A stretch of 25,778 nucleotides of DNA from Vibrio cholerae ATCC 14035 (GCF_000621645.1 NZ_KK211325.1:1-25778), one strand, 5' to 3'; shown: positions 1-14,200, counted from the stretch's first letter. The notes: a model not told the origin generated them from the sequence alone. Numbers and translations are program-made.

Positions 1-351
1 CTACGTGGTACTAAGCGTGAAGAAGTAGAGCGTGGTCAAGTACTGGCGAAGCCAGGTTCAATCACACCACACACTAAGTTCGAATCAGAAGTATACGTAC
101 TGTCAAAAGACGAAGGTGGCCGTCATACTCCATTCTTCAAAGGTTACCGTCCACAGTTCTACTTCCGTACAACTGACGTAACAGGCAGCATCGAGCTACC
201 AGAGGGCGTAGAAATGGTAATGCCAGGCGACAACGTGAAGATGGTTGTAGACCTGATTGCACCAATCGCGATGGACGAAGGTCTACGCTTCGCTATCCGT
301 GAAGGTGGCCGTACTGTAGGTGCTGGTGTTGTAGCTAAGATCATCGCTTAA
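1..351 (+). CDS. tufB: Elongation factor Tu, C-terminal fragment (5' end lies outside the window)
   Basis: Frame 1 is open from base 1. It translates to [116 protein letters not shown], with TAA at 349-351. This is an unmistakable EF-Tu domain 3. It is absent from the ORF track because there is no start codon in the window. The tufB symbol is inferred from its position upstream of secE-nusG. Confidence 0.95.
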   Translation, partial: LRGTKREEVERGQVLAKPGSITPHTKFESEVYVLSKDEGGRHTPFFKGYRPQFYFRTTDVTGSIELPEGVEMVMPGDNVKMVVDLIAPIAMDEGLRFAIREGGRTVGAGVVAKIIA

Positions 352-371
352 TTATTTGACTAAGCACTACT

Positions 372-399
372 AAAAAGGGCATCATTTGATGCCCTTTTT
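372..399 (+). terminator. Rho-independent terminator after tuf
   Basis: AAAAAGGGCATCATTTGATGCCCTTTTT: GC-containing stem GGGCAT/ATGCCC followed by T5 (395-399). It lies 21 nt after the tuf stop codon. Confidence 0.7.
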
Positions 400-454
400 C
401 TGCGCTGCGCAATAATGTGTCGATTTCTTGATCAAACGCAGCCAAAATTTGGGG

Positions 455-484
455 TTGAGAGAGTATTTTCTCGCTCTTTAGTAT
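455..484 (+). promoter_or_regulatory. Possible sigma70 promoter for secE-nusG
   Basis: TTGAGA (455-460), 18-nt spacer, TAGTAT (479-484). Sequence reading only. Confidence 0.3.
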
Positions 485-574
485 GGAATCAGCGCATTGC
501 GTTGACCGAATGGATTTGCCCTGCAACAGCGGGGTCGTTGTCGTCTAGAAGTCAGATATGTGACAGGTTGGTTT

Positions 575-955
575 ATGAAAGCAAACAACGCTGAAGCTCC
601 TGATAGCTCAAATGCAGCAGACACTCTAAAGTGGGTAGCCACTTTTGTTCTGCTGGTTGCCGCTGTTGTGGGTAATTACCTGTATGGTGAACTGTCTGTG
701 GTGGCTCGCGCCGCAGGTGTAATTGTGTTGATTGCTGCAGCACTTGGTGTTGCTGCGACAACAACAAAAGGCAAAGAAGCGATCGTTTTTGCTCGCGAAT
801 CTCGCATGGAAGTTCGCAAAGTAGTTTGGCCAACACGCCAAGAAACTATGCAAACCACGCTGATCGTTTTAGCAGTAAGTATTGTAATGGCTCTGGCGCT
901 TTGGGGTATTGACGGCATTATGGTTCGTCTAGTGGCCTTTGCGACCGGAGTATAG
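575..955 (+). CDS. secE: Preprotein translocase subunit SecE
   Basis: MKANNAEAPDSS... with three hydrophobic segments and the conserved C-terminal WPTRQET...TLIV motif. It sits directly upstream of nusG. The ORF track starts at GTG 560; I prefer ATG 575 (126 aa). Confidence 0.9.
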   Translation: MKANNAEAPDSSNAADTLKWVATFVLLVAAVVGNYLYGELSVVARAAGVIVLIAAALGVAATTTKGKEAIVFARESRMEVRKVVWPTRQETMQTTLIVLAVSIVMALALWGIDGIMVRLVAFATGV

Positions 956-970
956 TAGAGGGTTTAATAC

Positions 971-1519
971 ATGAGTGAAGCTCCCAAAAAACGCTGGTAT
1001 GTAGTTCAAGCCTTCTCGGGATTTGAAGGACGTGTTGCTCAGTCACTTCGTGAACATATCAAAATGCACGGTATGGAAGAGCTGTTTGGTGAAGTGTTAG
1101 TACCAACAGAAGAAGTGGTAGAAATGCGCGCTGGCCAACGCCGCAAAAGTGAACGTAAATTCTTCCCAGGTTATGTGCTAGTGCAGATGATCATGAATGA
1201 TGAATCTTGGCACTTGGTACGTAGCGTACCTCGCGTGATGGGATTCATCGGTGGTACATCAGATCGCCCAGCTCCTATCACAGATAAGGAAGCGGATGCG
1301 ATTCTGAATCGTCTTGAGAAAGCCAGCGAAGCACCACGTCCTAAAACCATGTTTGAAGCAGGTGAAGTCGTGCGTGTTAACGACGGTCCATTTGCTGACT
1401 TCAACGGTACCGTTGAAGAGGTGGATTACGAGAAAAGCCGCTTGAAAGTGTCGGTTTCGATCTTTGGTCGTGCAACACCTGTTGAACTCGAATTTGGTCA
1501 AGTGGAAAAGCTTGATTAA
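971..1519 (+). CDS. nusG: Transcription termination/antitermination factor NusG
   Basis: 182 aa. [17 protein letters not shown]-terminal NGN domain and C-terminal KOW ([50 protein letters not shown]). Conserved secE-nusG-rplK order. Confidence 0.97.
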   Translation: MSEAPKKRWYVVQAFSGFEGRVAQSLREHIKMHGMEELFGEVLVPTEEVVEMRAGQRRKSERKFFPGYVLVQMIMNDESWHLVRSVPRVMGFIGGTSDRPAPITDKEADAILNRLEKASEAPRPKTMFEAGEVVRVNDGPFADFNGTVEEVDYEKSRLKVSVSIFGRATPVELEFGQVEKLD

Positions 1520-1537
1520 AAAAGCATCTCTTTAGGC

Positions 1538-1566
1538 TTGTCTGGGGCGTGGATTATGACTATAAT
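1538..1566 (+). promoter_or_regulatory. Probable rplKA (L11 operon) promoter
   Basis: TTGTCT (1538-1543), 17-nt spacer, perfect TATAAT (1561-1566). It is located just after the nusG stop, as PL11 is in E. coli. Confidence 0.55.
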
Positions 1567-1649
1567 TTCGCGCCTTTTTACAGGTTCTTTATGAAAACCG
1601 GGGAGCTGATCAATCGATTAGCGTTTGCACCCATAATCTAGGAAATATC
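1567..1649 (+). promoter_or_regulatory. rplK 5' leader, likely site of L1 translational autoregulation
   Basis: An ~80-nt leader contains the hairpin GCTGATC-AATC-GATTAGC flanked by GGGGA and GCACCC, ahead of the rplK SD. The L1 operator role is known for the E. coli L11 operon. It is assigned here by position only. Confidence 0.3.
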
Positions 1650-2784
<1,135 letters not shown>

Positions 2785-2789
2785 TGCAT

Positions 2790-2828
2790 TTGCTTAGGCG
2801 CAGAATTTGTGTATAATTCTGCGCCTAA
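2790..2828 (+). promoter_or_regulatory. Probable rplJL-rpoBC (L10 operon) promoter embedded in a perfect 14-bp inverted repeat
   Basis: TTGCTT (2790-2795), 16-nt spacer, TATAAT (2812-2817). Inverted-repeat arms TTAGGCGCAGAATT (2794-2807) and AATTCTGCGCCTAA (2815-2828) are separated by a 7-nt loop. Confidence 0.5.
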
Positions 2829-3053
2829 TATTTGTGGTTGGGGCTGAACTTTTACCTCGTGGTGAAAACCCAGTCTCCGTCCAAGACCGTAGGCGTTATC
2901 CTCGGATAACTTAATAAAACCTACGTAGATGGTGCCCGAACTGACAGAAAGATCTACTTTTTAAGTTACCTTTCTTCTGGGACTGCACCAAAAAAGCTCT
3001 CACTGTTGTTGATAATAGTGAGCGGTGTAACGACAACCAGGAGTTAATCCAAG
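2829..3053 (+). promoter_or_regulatory. rplJ (L10) leader, autoregulatory mRNA leader region
   Basis: A 225-nt untranslated leader with several local stems (CGTAGG...CCTACG, GTTATCC-TCG-GATAAC, CTCACT...AGTGAG) ahead of SD AGGAG. L10-(L12)4 binding to this leader is established in E. coli. Homology here was not computed. Confidence 0.45.
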
Positions 3054-3542
3054 ATGGCTTTAAATCTTCAAGACAAAAAAGCAATTGTTGCTGAAGTCAA
3101 CGAAGCGGCCAGTGGTGCACTTTCTGCAGTTGTTGCTGACTCTCGTGGTGTTCAAGTTGCTGCGATGACTAATCTGCGTAAACAAGCTCGTGAAGCGGGC
3201 GTTTACCTGAAAGTTGTTCGTAACACACTGGCACGTCGCGCAGTAGAAGGCACAGCTTACGAATGTCTGAAAGACGTATTCGTAGGCCCTACTTTGATCG
3301 GCTTCTCTAACGAGCACCCAGGTGCTGCAGCGCGTCTTTTCAAAGACTTCGCTAAAGAGAACAAAGCATTCGAGATCAAAGCAGCTGCATTTGAAGGTGT
3401 ACTGACTGACCCTGAAGTACTAGCGACACTACCAACTTACGACGAAGCGATTGCACGCCTGATGATGTGCATGAAAGAAGCTTCTGCTGGCAAGCTGGTT
3501 CGTACAATCGCTGCTGTCCGCGATCAAAAAGAAGCTGCATAA
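3054..3542 (+). CDS. rplJ: 50S ribosomal protein L10
   Basis: 162 aa, [19 protein letters not shown]...; an AGGAG SD precedes the start. Confidence 0.97.
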   Translation: MALNLQDKKAIVAEVNEAASGALSAVVADSRGVQVAAMTNLRKQAREAGVYLKVVRNTLARRAVEGTAYECLKDVFVGPTLIGFSNEHPGAAARLFKDFAKENKAFEIKAAAFEGVLTDPEVLATLPTYDEAIARLMMCMKEASAGKLVRTIAAVRDQKEAA

Positions 3543-3608
3543 GCAAAATCGCTTTTGCTTTTTACTGGTTGCTAAATAAACTTATTGTTGACTTAAAAGA
3601 GAATTGTT

Positions 3609-3974
3609 ATGTCTATTACTAACGAGCAAATCCTAGACGCTATTGCAGAAATGTCTGTAATGCAAGTTGTTGAACTGATCTCTGCTATGGAAGAGAAGTT
3701 CGGTGTTTCTGCTGCTGCTGCAGTTGTTTCTGGTCCAGCTGCTGCTGCTGCAGTTGAAGAGCAAACTGAATTCAACGTAATTCTGGCTGCTGCTGGCGCG
3801 AACAAAGTTGCTGTTATCAAAGCAGTACGTGGCGCAACTGGCCTAGGTCTGAAAGAAGCTAAAGCTCTTGTAGACGGCGCTCCAGCATCTGTTAAAGAAG
3901 CTGTATCTAAAGAAGAAGCAGAAGCACTGAAGAAAGAGCTTGAAGAAGCTGGTGCAACTGTTGAAGTTAAGTAA
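3609..3974 (+). CDS. rplL: 50S ribosomal protein L7/L12
   Basis: 121 aa, [38 protein letters not shown]... with an Ala-rich hinge and the C-terminal domain ...[12 protein letters not shown]...EAGATVEVK. Confidence 0.98.
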   Translation: MSITNEQILDAIAEMSVMQVVELISAMEEKFGVSAAAAVVSGPAAAAAVEEQTEFNVILAAAGANKVAVIKAVRGATGLGLKEAKALVDGAPASVKEAVSKEEAEALKKELEEAGATVEVK

Positions 3975-4006
3975 TTCCTACTTAATTTCTTAGCCGAAAG
4001 GCTAAT

Positions 4007-4037
4007 GGCTGGTGGTTTAATAACCACCGGCCTTTTT
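4007..4037 (+). terminator. rplL-rpoB intergenic attenuator (partial Rho-independent terminator)
   Basis: GGCTGGTGGTT-TAAT-AACCACCGGCC followed by TTTTT (4033-4037). A small GAAA-loop hairpin TAGCC-GAAA-GGCTA precedes it at 3991-4004. A partial terminator at this position is established for E. coli. Confidence 0.7.
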
Positions 4038-4214
4038 GCGCTGTAGGGTATGGACGAATTTTCCCGCTGTTTAAGCGTTCCATATTCATGCAAATGAGTT
4101 CATTTCAACGCAATGAATTCACACTACAGTAAACAGCGATTAGTCACTGTCCTCACCCTTTTTAACCTGAAAGGTGGACAGTTTGGGTCACTTATCAGCG
4201 AGCTGAGGAACCCC
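4038..4214 (+). promoter_or_regulatory. Structured rpoB leader (possible RNase III processing region)
   Basis: Nested complementary segments: CGCTGTAG (near 4039) with CTACAG..ACAGCG (near 4125-4139); TGAGTTCATT/AATGAATTCA (near 4094-4120); ACTGTCC/GGACAGT (near 4143-4182). The function is inferred from the E. coli rplL-rpoB spacer. Confidence 0.3.
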
Positions 4215-7200
4215 ATGGTTTACTCTTATACCGAGAAAAAGCGCATCCGTAAGGACTTTGGTACTCGTCCACAAGTGTTGGACATTCCATACCTGCTATC
4301 GATCCAGCTCGATTCGTTCGAAAAGTTCATCGAACAGGATCCTGAAGGACAATACGGTCTTGAAGCCGCTTTTCGTTCTGTATTTCCAATTCAGAGCTAT
4401 AACGGCAATTCAGAGCTGCAATACGTTAGCTACCGTCTTGGTGAGCCAGTTTTTGACGTTAAAGAATGTCAAATCCGTGGTGTAACTTATTCAAAACCGC
4501 TACGCGTGAAATTACGCTTAGTGATCTTTGATAAAGACGCGCCAGCAGGTACTGTCAAAGATATTAAAGAACAAGAAGTCTACATGGGCGAAATTCCGCT
4601 CATGACAGAAAATGGTACCTTCGTAATCAATGGTACTGAGAGGGTTATCGTATCCCAGCTGCACCGAAGCCCAGGCGTGTTCTTCGACAGCGATAAGGGT
4701 AAGACCCACTCTTCAGGTAAAGTTCTGTATAACGCACGTATCATTCCGTACCGTGGTTCATGGCTCGATTTTGAGTTCGATCCAAAAGACAACCTGTACG
4801 TACGTATTGACCGTCGTCGTAAGCTGCCTGCATCGATCATCCTGCGTGCACTAGGTAAAACTAGCGCCGAGATCCTGGACATCTTCTTCGAAAAAGTGAA
4901 TTTCGAAGTGAAAGATCAAACTCTAATGATGGAGTTGGTTCCAGAGCGTCTGCGTGGTGAAACTGCGACCTTCGATATCGAAGCGGATGGCAAGGTTTAC
5001 GTAGAGAAAGGCCGTCGTGTGACTGCACGTCACATCCGTCAACTTGAAAAAGATGGCGTGAACTTTATTGAAGTTCCGGTTGAGTACATCGTAGGTAAAG
5101 TATCTGCGAAAGATTACGTGAATGAAGCGACTGGCGAACTGATCATTACCGCGAACCAGGAAATCAGCCTGGAAGCGCTAGCGAACCTGTCTCAAGCCGG
5201 TTACAAAAAGCTAGAAGTTCTATTTACCAATGATCTGGACCACGGTCCGTTCATGTCAGAAACCCTGCGTGTTGATAGCACGACAGATCGCATCTCTGCA
5301 CTGGTAGAAATCTACCGCATGATGCGCCCTGGCGAGCCACCAACGAAAGAAGCCGCGGAATCGCTGTTTGAAAGTCTATTCTTCTCTGCAGAGCGTTACG
5401 ATCTGTCGACTGTTGGCCGTATGAAGTTCAACAGCTCAATCGGTCGTGAAGATGCGGAAGAGCAAGGCACGCTGGACGAAGTTGACATCATCGAAGTGAT
5501 GAAAAAGCTGATCTCGATTCGTAACGGTAAAGGCGAAGTGGACGATATCGACCACCTTGGCAACCGTCGTATCCGTAGTGTCGGCGAAATGGCAGAGAAC
5601 CAATTCCGTGTTGGTCTGGTACGTGTTGAACGCGCAGTGAAAGAACGCCTAAGCTTGGGCGATCTGGACAACGTGATGCCACAAGACCTGATCAACGCGA
5701 AACCAATTTCTGCTGCTGTAAAAGAATTCTTTGGTTCTTCTCAGCTGTCTCAGTTTATGGATCAGAACAACCCGTTGTCAGAAGTGACGCATAAGCGTCG
5801 TATTTCTGCATTGGGCCCTGGCGGTCTGACTCGTGAGCGTGCTGGCTTCGAAGTACGTGACGTACACGTAACGCACTACGGTCGTCTATGTCCTATCGAA
5901 ACACCTGAAGGTCCAAACATCGGTTTGATCAACTCGCTGTCTGCGTTTGCACGCTGCAACGAGTACGGTTTCCTAGAAACCCCTTACCGTCGCGTAGTCA
6001 ACGGTGTTGTGACTGACGAAGTGGATTACCTCTCTGCGATTGAAGAAGGTCAATTCGTTATCGCTCAGGCGAACGCTAAGCTGACAGAAGAAGGCGGTTT
6101 TGCTGATGAACTGGTTACCGCACGTCAAAAAGGCGAGTCAGGTCTTCACCCACGTGAACACGTTGACTACATGGACGTTGCGACAAACCAAGTTGTATCG
6201 ATCGCGGCATCCTTGATCCCGTTCCTAGAACACGACGATGCGAACCGTGCTTTGATGGGTGCGAACATGCAACGTCAGGCGGTTCCAACTCTGCGTTCAG
6301 AGAAACCACTGGTTGGTACGGGTATCGAGCGTAACGTCGCGGTTGACTCTGGTGTAACAGCGGTGGCGAAACGTGGCGGTGTTATCCAGTCAGTTGACGC
6401 TTCTCGTATCGTAGTCAAAGTGAACGAAGAAGAGTTGATCCCTGGCGAAGCGGGTATCGACATCTACAACCTGACTAAGTACACCCGTTCGAACCAGAAT
6501 ACTTGTATCAACCAGCGTCCATGTGTGATGCCGGGTGAACCTGTAGCTCGTGGCGATGTACTGGCAGACGGTCCTTCCACTGACCTTGGCGAACTGGCTC
6601 TTGGCCAAAACATGCGTATCGCATTCATGCCTTGGAACGGTTACAACTTCGAAGACTCGATCTTAGTGTCTGAGCGCGTAGTTCAAGATGACCGCTTTAC
6701 CACTATCCACATCCAAGAGCTTTCTTGTGTGGCGCGTGATACTAAGCTGGGCGCAGAAGAGATCACGGCTGACATCCCTAACGTGGGTGAAGCGGCTCTG
6801 TCTAAGCTTGACGAATCTGGCATCGTGTACATCGGTGCAGAAGTGAAAGGCGGCGACATTCTGGTTGGTAAAGTGACACCAAAAGGTGAAACTCAACTGA
6901 CTCCAGAAGAGAAACTGCTGCGTGCGATCTTCGGTGAGAAAGCCTCAGACGTGAAAGATACGTCTCTGCGTGTACCGAACTCAGTAGCAGGTACGGTTAT
7001 CGACGTACAAGTCTTTACTCGCGATGGCGTAGAGAAAGACAAGCGTGCGCTTGAAATCGAACAGATGCAGCTGAAAGAAGCGAAGAAAGACCTGACTGAA
7101 GAGTTCCAAATTCTGGAAGGCGGTCTTCTGGCGCGTGTTCGTTCTGTACTGCTGGCGGGTGGTTACACTGAAGCGAAACTGAGTTCAATCGAACGTAAGA

Positions 7201-8240
7201 AATGGTTAGAGCAGACGCTTGAAAATGAAGAGCTGCAAAACCAGCTAGAGCAACTGGCAGAACAGTACGATGAACTGAAAGCAGACTTCGATAAGAAGTT
7301 TGAAGCGAAGCGTCGTAAGATCACCCAAGGTGATGATCTGGCTCCTGGCGTACTGAAGATTGTTAAGGTTTACCTAGCAGTGAAACGTCGCATCCAGCCG
7401 GGTGATAAGATGGCGGGTCGTCACGGTAACAAGGGTGTTATTTCTAAGATCAACCCTGTTGAAGACATGCCATACGATGAAAACGGTCAGCCGGTTGACA
7501 TCGTACTGAACCCACTGGGCGTACCATCACGTATGAACATCGGTCAGATCCTAGAAGTTCACTTGGGTCTGGCGGCGAAAGGTATCGGTGACAAGATCAA
7601 CCAAATGATCAAGGAACAACAAGAGCTGGCGAAGCTGCGTGAGTTCCTGCAGAAGGTTTATGATCTAGGCGATACTCGCCAACGTGTTGATATCTCAGAA
7701 CTCAGTGATGAAGATGTTCGTACACTGGCGCATAACCTGCGTGCTGGTCTACCGGTCGCAACGCCAGTCTTCGATGGTGCTCCTGAATCGTCTATCAAAG
7801 CTATGTTGGAACTGGCGGATCTGCCAGCTTCAGGTCAGTTGACTCTGTTCGATGGCCGCACGGGTGACGCATTTGAGCGTCCTGTTACCGTGGGTTACAT
7901 GTACATGCTGAAACTGAACCACTTGGTTGACGACAAGATGCACGCTCGTTCTACAGGCTCTTACAGTCTGGTTACTCAGCAACCTCTGGGTGGTAAAGCT
8001 CAGTTCGGTGGTCAGCGCTTCGGTGAGATGGAAGTGTGGGCACTGGAAGCATACGGTGCTGCGTATACCCTGCAAGAGATGTTGACCGTTAAATCGGACG
8101 ACGTGAACGGCCGTACTAAGATGTATAAGAACATCGTAGATGGCAATCACGCGATGGAACCTGGTATGCCAGAATCGTTCAACGTACTGTTGAAAGAGAT
8201 TCGCTCGCTGGGTATCAACATCGAGCTAGAAGACGAATAA
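4215..8240 (+). CDS. rpoB: DNA-directed RNA polymerase subunit beta
   Basis: [16 protein letters not shown]... for 1341 aa, ending ...[17 protein letters not shown] lies at 4205-4210. The track ORF start at 4113 is an in-frame extension with no stop codon. Confidence 0.99.
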   Translation: MVYSYTEKKRIRKDFGTRPQVLDIPYLLSIQLDSFEKFIEQDPEGQYGLEAAFRSVFPIQSYNGNSELQYVSYRLGEPVFDVKECQIRGVTYSKPLRVKLRLVIFDKDAPAGTVKDIKEQEVYMGEIPLMTENGTFVINGTERVIVSQLHRSPGVFFDSDKGKTHSSGKVLYNARIIPYRGSWLDFEFDPKDNLYVRIDRRRKLPASIILRALGKTSAEILDIFFEKVNFEVKDQTLMMELVPERLRGETATFDIEADGKVYVEKGRRVTARHIRQLEKDGVNFIEVPVEYIVGKVSAKDYVNEATGELIITANQEISLEALANLSQAGYKKLEVLFTNDLDHGPFMSETLRVDSTTDRISALVEIYRMMRPGEPPTKEAAESLFESLFFSAERYDLSTVGRMKFNSSIGREDAEEQGTLDEVDIIEVMKKLISIRNGKGEVDDIDHLGNRRIRSVGEMAENQFRVGLVRVERAVKERLSLGDLDNVMPQDLINAKPISAAVKEFFGSSQLSQFMDQNNPLSEVTHKRRISALGPGGLTRERAGFEVRDVHVTHYGRLCPIETPEGPNIGLINSLSAFARCNEYGFLETPYRRVVNGVVTDEVDYLSAIEEGQFVIAQANAKLTEEGGFADELVTARQKGESGLHPREHVDYMDVATNQVVSIAASLIPFLEHDDANRALMGANMQRQAVPTLRSEKPLVGTGIERNVAVDSGVTAVAKRGGVIQSVDASRIVVKVNEEELIPGEAGIDIYNLTKYTRSNQNTCINQRPCVMPGEPVARGDVLADGPSTDLGELALGQNMRIAFMPWNGYNFEDSILVSERVVQDDRFTTIHIQELSCVARDTKLGAEEITADIPNVGEAALSKLDESGIVYIGAEVKGGDILVGKVTPKGETQLTPEEKLLRAIFGEKASDVKDTSLRVPNSVAGTVIDVQVFTRDGVEKDKRALEIEQMQLKEAKKDLTEEFQILEGGLLARVRSVLLAGGYTEAKLSSIERKKWLEQTLENEELQNQLEQLAEQYDELKADFDKKFEAKRRKITQGDDLAPGVLKIVKVYLAVKRRIQPGDKMAGRHGNKGVISKINPVEDMPYDENGQPVDIVLNPLGVPSRMNIGQILEVHLGLAAKGIGDKINQMIKEQQELAKLREFLQKVYDLGDTRQRVDISELSDEDVRTLAHNLRAGLPVATPVFDGAPESSIKAMLELADLPASGQLTLFDGRTGDAFERPVTVGYMYMLKLNHLVDDKMHARSTGSYSLVTQQPLGGKAQFGGQRFGEMEVWALEAYGAAYTLQEMLTVKSDDVNGRTKMYKNIVDGNHAMEPGMPESFNVLLKEIRSLGINIELEDE

Positions 8241-8344
8241 TAAACCCTAAGGTTTCCCCGCAAGGGGAAGCCTACCGGTTTCGGTAGGAAGGTGCTCGTT
8301 GCCAATCGCAGCGAGTTCCTTTTAACTCCTTACAGGAGCTGAAT

Positions 8345-12550
<4,206 letters not shown>

Positions 12551-12570
12551 GTCATAGTCATCAAGCTATG

Positions 12571-12598
12571 AAAAAAGGCACCTTAAGGTGCCTTTTTT
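12571..12598. terminator. Bidirectional Rho-independent terminator shared by rpoC (+) and rsd (-)
   Basis: AAAAAAGGCACCTTAAGGTGCCTTTTTT is its own reverse complement: a stem AAGGCACC/GGTGCCTT flanked by A6 and T6. Confidence 0.85.
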
Positions 12599-12660
12599 AT
12601 TGGTCTATTTTTTACATTCATCTTCGCAGCGGAAATCACCGATTGAAAACGAGTGTTCTG

Positions 12661-13149
12661 CTAAGCACCCGGAGGTACAGCAAGGCTATCCGCAATTAAC
12701 TGGATCAATTGATCTTCAAGAGAAAAGCGTAGCTCAAGCACTTCGCCAACTTTTGATAAGTCACGATCTAGATCGAGCAGTTCATCGTATTCAGTCACCG
12801 TTGCGTACTGATCATTAAAATTGAGCAGGGGTTCGGTGGTAGCGACGATTTTACCGTAGACTTGATTGATCTCATCGGTCGCTTTAAAACCGGTGGCGTG
12901 CCACTTATCCATGACCATGTCATAGATTTTGAAATGGCCTTCAGAGATGTAATCCACTAATTCTTGGCAAAAATACAGCAGAGCCTGTGGAGAAGGGAGT
13001 TCAGAAACCGCAGCTTTGGTTGTACAAGGTTGCAGTGCCGCCAGCTTACAATATTCAACGATCACATGCTGTCGTTTATCCAGCCAATGGTCAATGATAT
13101 CGCTCGAACCACCCCATTGTTCTTGGACGTTTTTGAATTTTCTTAGCAT
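12661..13149 (-). CDS. rsd: Regulator of sigma D (anti-sigma-70 factor Rsd)
   Basis: MLRKFKNVQEQWGGSSDIIDHWLDKRQHVIVEYCKL...CQELVDYISEGHFKIYDMV... is collinear with E. coli Rsd (CQSLVDYLSAGHFSIYERI). It is divergent from nudC, as in E. coli. The track start at 13155 lies 1 nt from the GAGGA SD. The ATG at 13149 has 7-nt spacing, so I prefer it; either start is possible. Confidence 0.88.
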   Translation of the reverse strand: MLRKFKNVQEQWGGSSDIIDHWLDKRQHVIVEYCKLAALQPCTTKAAVSELPSPQALLYFCQELVDYISEGHFKIYDMVMDKWHATGFKATDEINQVYGKIVATTEPLLNFNDQYATVTEYDELLDLDRDLSKVGEVLELRFSLEDQLIQLIADSLAVPPGA

Positions 13150-13262
13150 GACCATGTCCTCATGATCGGATCGTCACTGACGATCGTTCCTTTGCCTTTT
13201 TAGTAATATCAATAAGATATCACTACTGCCCTCACAAAAAGTTATAGTCAATAATTCTTGTG

Positions 13263-13290
13263 CTGACAAATTGTGGTGTGAATTTAGATT
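13263..13290 (+). promoter_or_regulatory. Possible nudC promoter
   Basis: CTGACA (13263-13268), 16-nt spacer, TAGATT (13285-13290). The predicted TSS is near 13297. Confidence 0.35.
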
Positions 13291-13332
13291 GCCAGTAAAA
13301 TGATCCGACTGCAAGCAATCAGGAGAAGCAGA

Positions 13333-14109
13333 GTGGAAAAGAGTGACGGCAAGAACGCTTATTGGTGTGTTGTTTCAGGCAGCGATCTTTGGCTGGTGGA
13401 TGGCCAAATTCCTTATGGCAGCGCAGAGCAGTGGGATCTGCCACAAGAGAAGGCGATCTTGGTGGATCGTTACCAAAACTCCCCTGTCTACTGGCTGAAT
13501 GCTGCAGATATTGAGCAGGATCGTCCGCTCACTTCATTACGTGAGTTATTGGGTGTGGATGAGGCGCTGTTTCTTGCTGCAAGCAAAGCGGTGCAATATG
13601 GCCATATGAGCCAAACCATACGATTTTGTCCGCAATGTGGGGGGCGTAACTATCTCAATCATCAGCAACTGGCAATGCAGTGCCACGATTGCCGAACCCT
13701 GCACTATCCGCGTATTTTTCCCTGCATTATTGTTGCCGTACGTAAACAGCAGCAAATTTTGCTGGCGCAGCACCCACGCCATCGCAATGGTATGTACACC
13801 GTGATTGCCGGCTTTGTTGAGGTAGGCGAGACGCTTGAACAGTGTGTTGCGCGTGAAGTGTTGGAAGAGACCGGTATCGTCGTGACCAATATTCGCTACT
13901 TTGGCAGCCAACCTTGGGCATTTCCGTCGAGTATGATGATGGCGTTTTTAGCCGATTATGACACTGGTGAGCTTAAACCCGATTACAGTGAATTGAGTGA
14001 TGCCAATTGGTTTGGTATCGAAAACCTTCCTCCTGTTGCACCGCGAGGGACGATTGCCCGCGCTTTGATTGAGCAGACGTTGGCCGATATTGCCCAAGAT
14101 CAGGCTTAA
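13333..14109 (+). CDS. nudC: NAD-capped RNA hydrolase / NADH pyrophosphatase NudC
   Basis: Zinc-ribbon cysteines CPQCGG...CHDC and Nudix box [23 protein letters not shown], collinear with E. coli NudC. The longest ORF starts at ATG 13300 (269 aa). GTG 13333 (258 aa) has AGGAG at 13321-13325 with 7-nt spacing and matches the E. coli length, so the start is ambiguous. Confidence 0.9.
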
Positions 14110-14112
14110 AAG

Positions 14113-14185
14113 GCAAAAAAAAACCCTCCGGTTAAGGAGGGGGTAAGTAAGATGTCGTTATGAGATGCTGAGTCGAGGACTCAGT
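14113..14185 (-). ncRNA. Candidate small RNA (about 70 nt), unverified
   Basis: Read on the minus strand: TATAAT (plus coordinates 14196-14191); then a 5' hairpin CTGAGTC-CTC-GACTCAG (14184-14168); then a ~26-nt unstructured stretch; then a GC-rich hairpin CCCTCC-TTAACC-GGAGGG (14141-14124) followed by T9 (14123-14115). No minus-strand gene exists upstream that would need this terminator. Confidence 0.35.
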
Positions 14186-14200
14186 TTATGATTATAGTTT
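14168..14200 (+). terminator. Possible nudC terminator
   Basis: CTGAGTC-GAG-GACTCAG followed by the T-rich TTTATGATTATAGTTTT. It is the only plus-oriented hairpin with a U-rich tail downstream of nudC. Confidence 0.4.

Noticed and set aside
400-574. tuf-secE spacer, checked for a tRNA or other RNA gene
   Set aside because: There is no cloverleaf and no T-arm GTTCGAATC-type sequence. It is best explained as the secE promoter and leader.
3593-4093. 166-aa minus-strand ORF antisense to rplL
   Set aside because: It is low-complexity Ala/Ser-rich and is a mirror artefact of the GCT/GCA-rich L7/L12 coding strand. It has no SD and overlaps a certain gene and its attenuator.
4113-4214. 34-codon in-frame N-terminal extension of rpoB in the ORF track
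   Set aside because: RpoB universally begins [19 protein letters not shown] 4215 has a GAGGAA SD, and the upstream part is the structured rplL-rpoB leader.
5733-5828. rpoB rifampicin-resistance-determining region, checked for resistance substitutions
   Set aside because: It reads [32 protein letters not shown]. The positions equivalent to E. coli D516, H526 and S531 are wild type. The only difference from E. coli as I recall it is a conservative I to V.
8251-8338. Series of hairpins in the rpoB-rpoC spacer, including an 11-bp stem with a GCAA tetraloop and CTCCT-TAC-AGGAG over the rpoC SD
   Set aside because: A structured rpoB-rpoC spacer is a known, ordinary feature of this operon. There is no U-tail and no evidence for anything beyond mRNA folding or translational coupling.
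12588-12818. 76-aa plus-strand ORF starting inside the rpoC terminator
   Set aside because: It begins within the terminator hairpin and runs antisense through the 3' half of rsd. It has no SD and no motifs.
14135-14163. AGGAGG followed by a 3-codon mini-ORF (ATG TCG TTA TGA at 14152-14163)
   Set aside because: The AGGAGG is the 3' arm of the terminator hairpin. The spacing to the ATG is long (11 nt), and the mini-ORF is about 200 nt from hemE, so a leader-peptide role is not supported.
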